A DNA stretch of 64,000 nt from Rhizophagus irregularis (lineage: Eukaryota): positions 1,550,001 to 1,614,000 of the forward strand of contig NC_089430.1 in assembly GCF_026210795.1 (NCBI RefSeq), given 5' to 3'. Below the pieces are notes generated by a model, which had not been told where the DNA came from, did not search any database, and was given only the letters and a program-made list of their open reading frames with translations. The position numbers and the translations under genes are program-made. Shown piece after piece: positions 62,743 through 64,000 of this stretch. Every line of letters starts with the position of its first letter. Within the stretch, counting starts at the first letter, position 1.

Positions 62743-63199
62743 TACTTAATGTATTTATTTATTTACTTTTCGATTTAATAGTTCGTATTTCAAAAAGTAT
62801 TGAAAATAGCAATGATTCATATTAAGGTTTAGATTCATAAGAGTGTATATTAATAATGACTGTACGTCTGTATAATTAATAATTTCACAGAATCTATTTA
62901 GGAAATTTGTATTCTATATAACCACACCTTTGATGCTTAGGACTAGGTTAGAATAGTAGTGTTGATTTACACTCTTCCAAATTTCATTTACCGCTTATTA
63001 GCATCTTTGTATTTGTGTTTAGAAAATAAAATCCATATATTTATTACATGAAACAAAAATTGATAATACAACAAAGACGTGAAAATGACCATTATAGAGT
63101 TTTTTCTAAAAATTTTTTAGAATTTAACGGGACACAGATTTTTCGTGTTAATTTCAAATCCTAAAAAAAGCTTTACAACTTTCAATTAGATTGAAGAAA

Positions 63200-64000
63200 T
63201 TAATGATAATATTTAAAAATATTGACTCAGATATGGCAGAACTTTTGCTGTTAAATAATCAATAAGTTAGAATTGAACCAATTGCTAGCTTTAAATATTT
63301 GATTGAACAAGATGATTTGCTTTTTCAACAAATATTCATCCTGCAACAATTAACTTCAACCGCATTTTTAAAAGAATTTATGGAATAATTATTTTCAAGA
63401 AATAATTCATTAGCTAAATCATTAATTAAAAAAATTAATTATATTAAAAAGAATAATAATTATTAATTTATCCAATCTATAAAATCTTGTTTATATCAAC
63501 AAAGTACAAAGTTTTTTCTTTTGATACAAAACGACTTGATAGATTAAATAAAGAATTTCCAATTCTCGAAAATTTTACCAGTAAGGAAACAAATTATCTT
63601 TTTAAATTTTGGAAATCAATTAAAAAGTAATTTTATGCTTTTTGCATCAATAACTTAGAACAATTTTAGATTTTTTAATTAAACTACAAAATAAATTTTT
63701 GAATAATATTATAATTTTTCCAATTGAAAATGTAACTACTACTCAAAAAATATATTATATTTTAATATATTGACAGTGACGCAAGCATGAGATAATAATT
63801 TATTGATTATGAATGGGATGATAAAATTTTAAAATATAGTCAAAGAGATCTGAATACGAATAAAAATGCAAACTTTACATTTGATTTACAAAAGATTGAA
63901 ATGACATTATCTAGGAAGTTAAATTGTAATTTTAGGTTGGGAGATAACCATAACCAATTCTATTTAAAATTTTTCATTTAAATATGAATTATTTTATAAC
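63200..64000 (+). pseudogene. Decayed fragment resembling the C-terminal part of RNF213/mysterin-like proteins
   Basis: From about 63799: FIDYEWDDKILKYSQRDLNTNKNANFTFDLQKIEMTLSRKL, resembling the YEWD..I..YSQ..YDL.KIE segment of fungal RNF213-like proteins (recognised from memory). Surrounding frames are broken. Confidence 0.45.

Overview
Very AT-rich, intron-containing eukaryotic DNA. The gene families (NWTSGN/EWIPY tyrosine-kinase-like kinases, Sel1-repeat kinases, F-box/LRR-like genes) indicate an arbuscular mycorrhizal fungus (Glomeromycota, Rhizophagus-like); this is inferred from family recognition, not from a search. The window is an accessory, transposon-rich region. Its most striking content is three kinase genes (15434-8665 minus, 24204-20338 minus, 24519-27946 plus) in which a Cys finger + NWTSGN + EWIPY + kinase N-lobe module is tandemly multiplied 13, 5 and 4 times in front of a single C-lobe. 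Each repeat carries a copy of the family's phase-0 intron, so every internal exon is frame-symmetric. All 19 upstream modules have lost the glycine-rich loop, while the 3 modules next to a C-lobe keep it. Two of these genes form a head-to-head pair. Also present: a tandem family of probable 7TM proteins with variable 11/15-residue coiled-coil tails, three further kinase genes (one frameshifted), a kinase N-terminal fragment, several pseudogenes, an intact Tc1/mariner-type element nested in an 8-bp-TSD element, a non-autonomous hAT element, a MITE, LINE remnants, a THAP-like/DDE/RING transposon and a pre-miRNA-like hairpin. Some homopolymer frameshifts may be sequencing errors.
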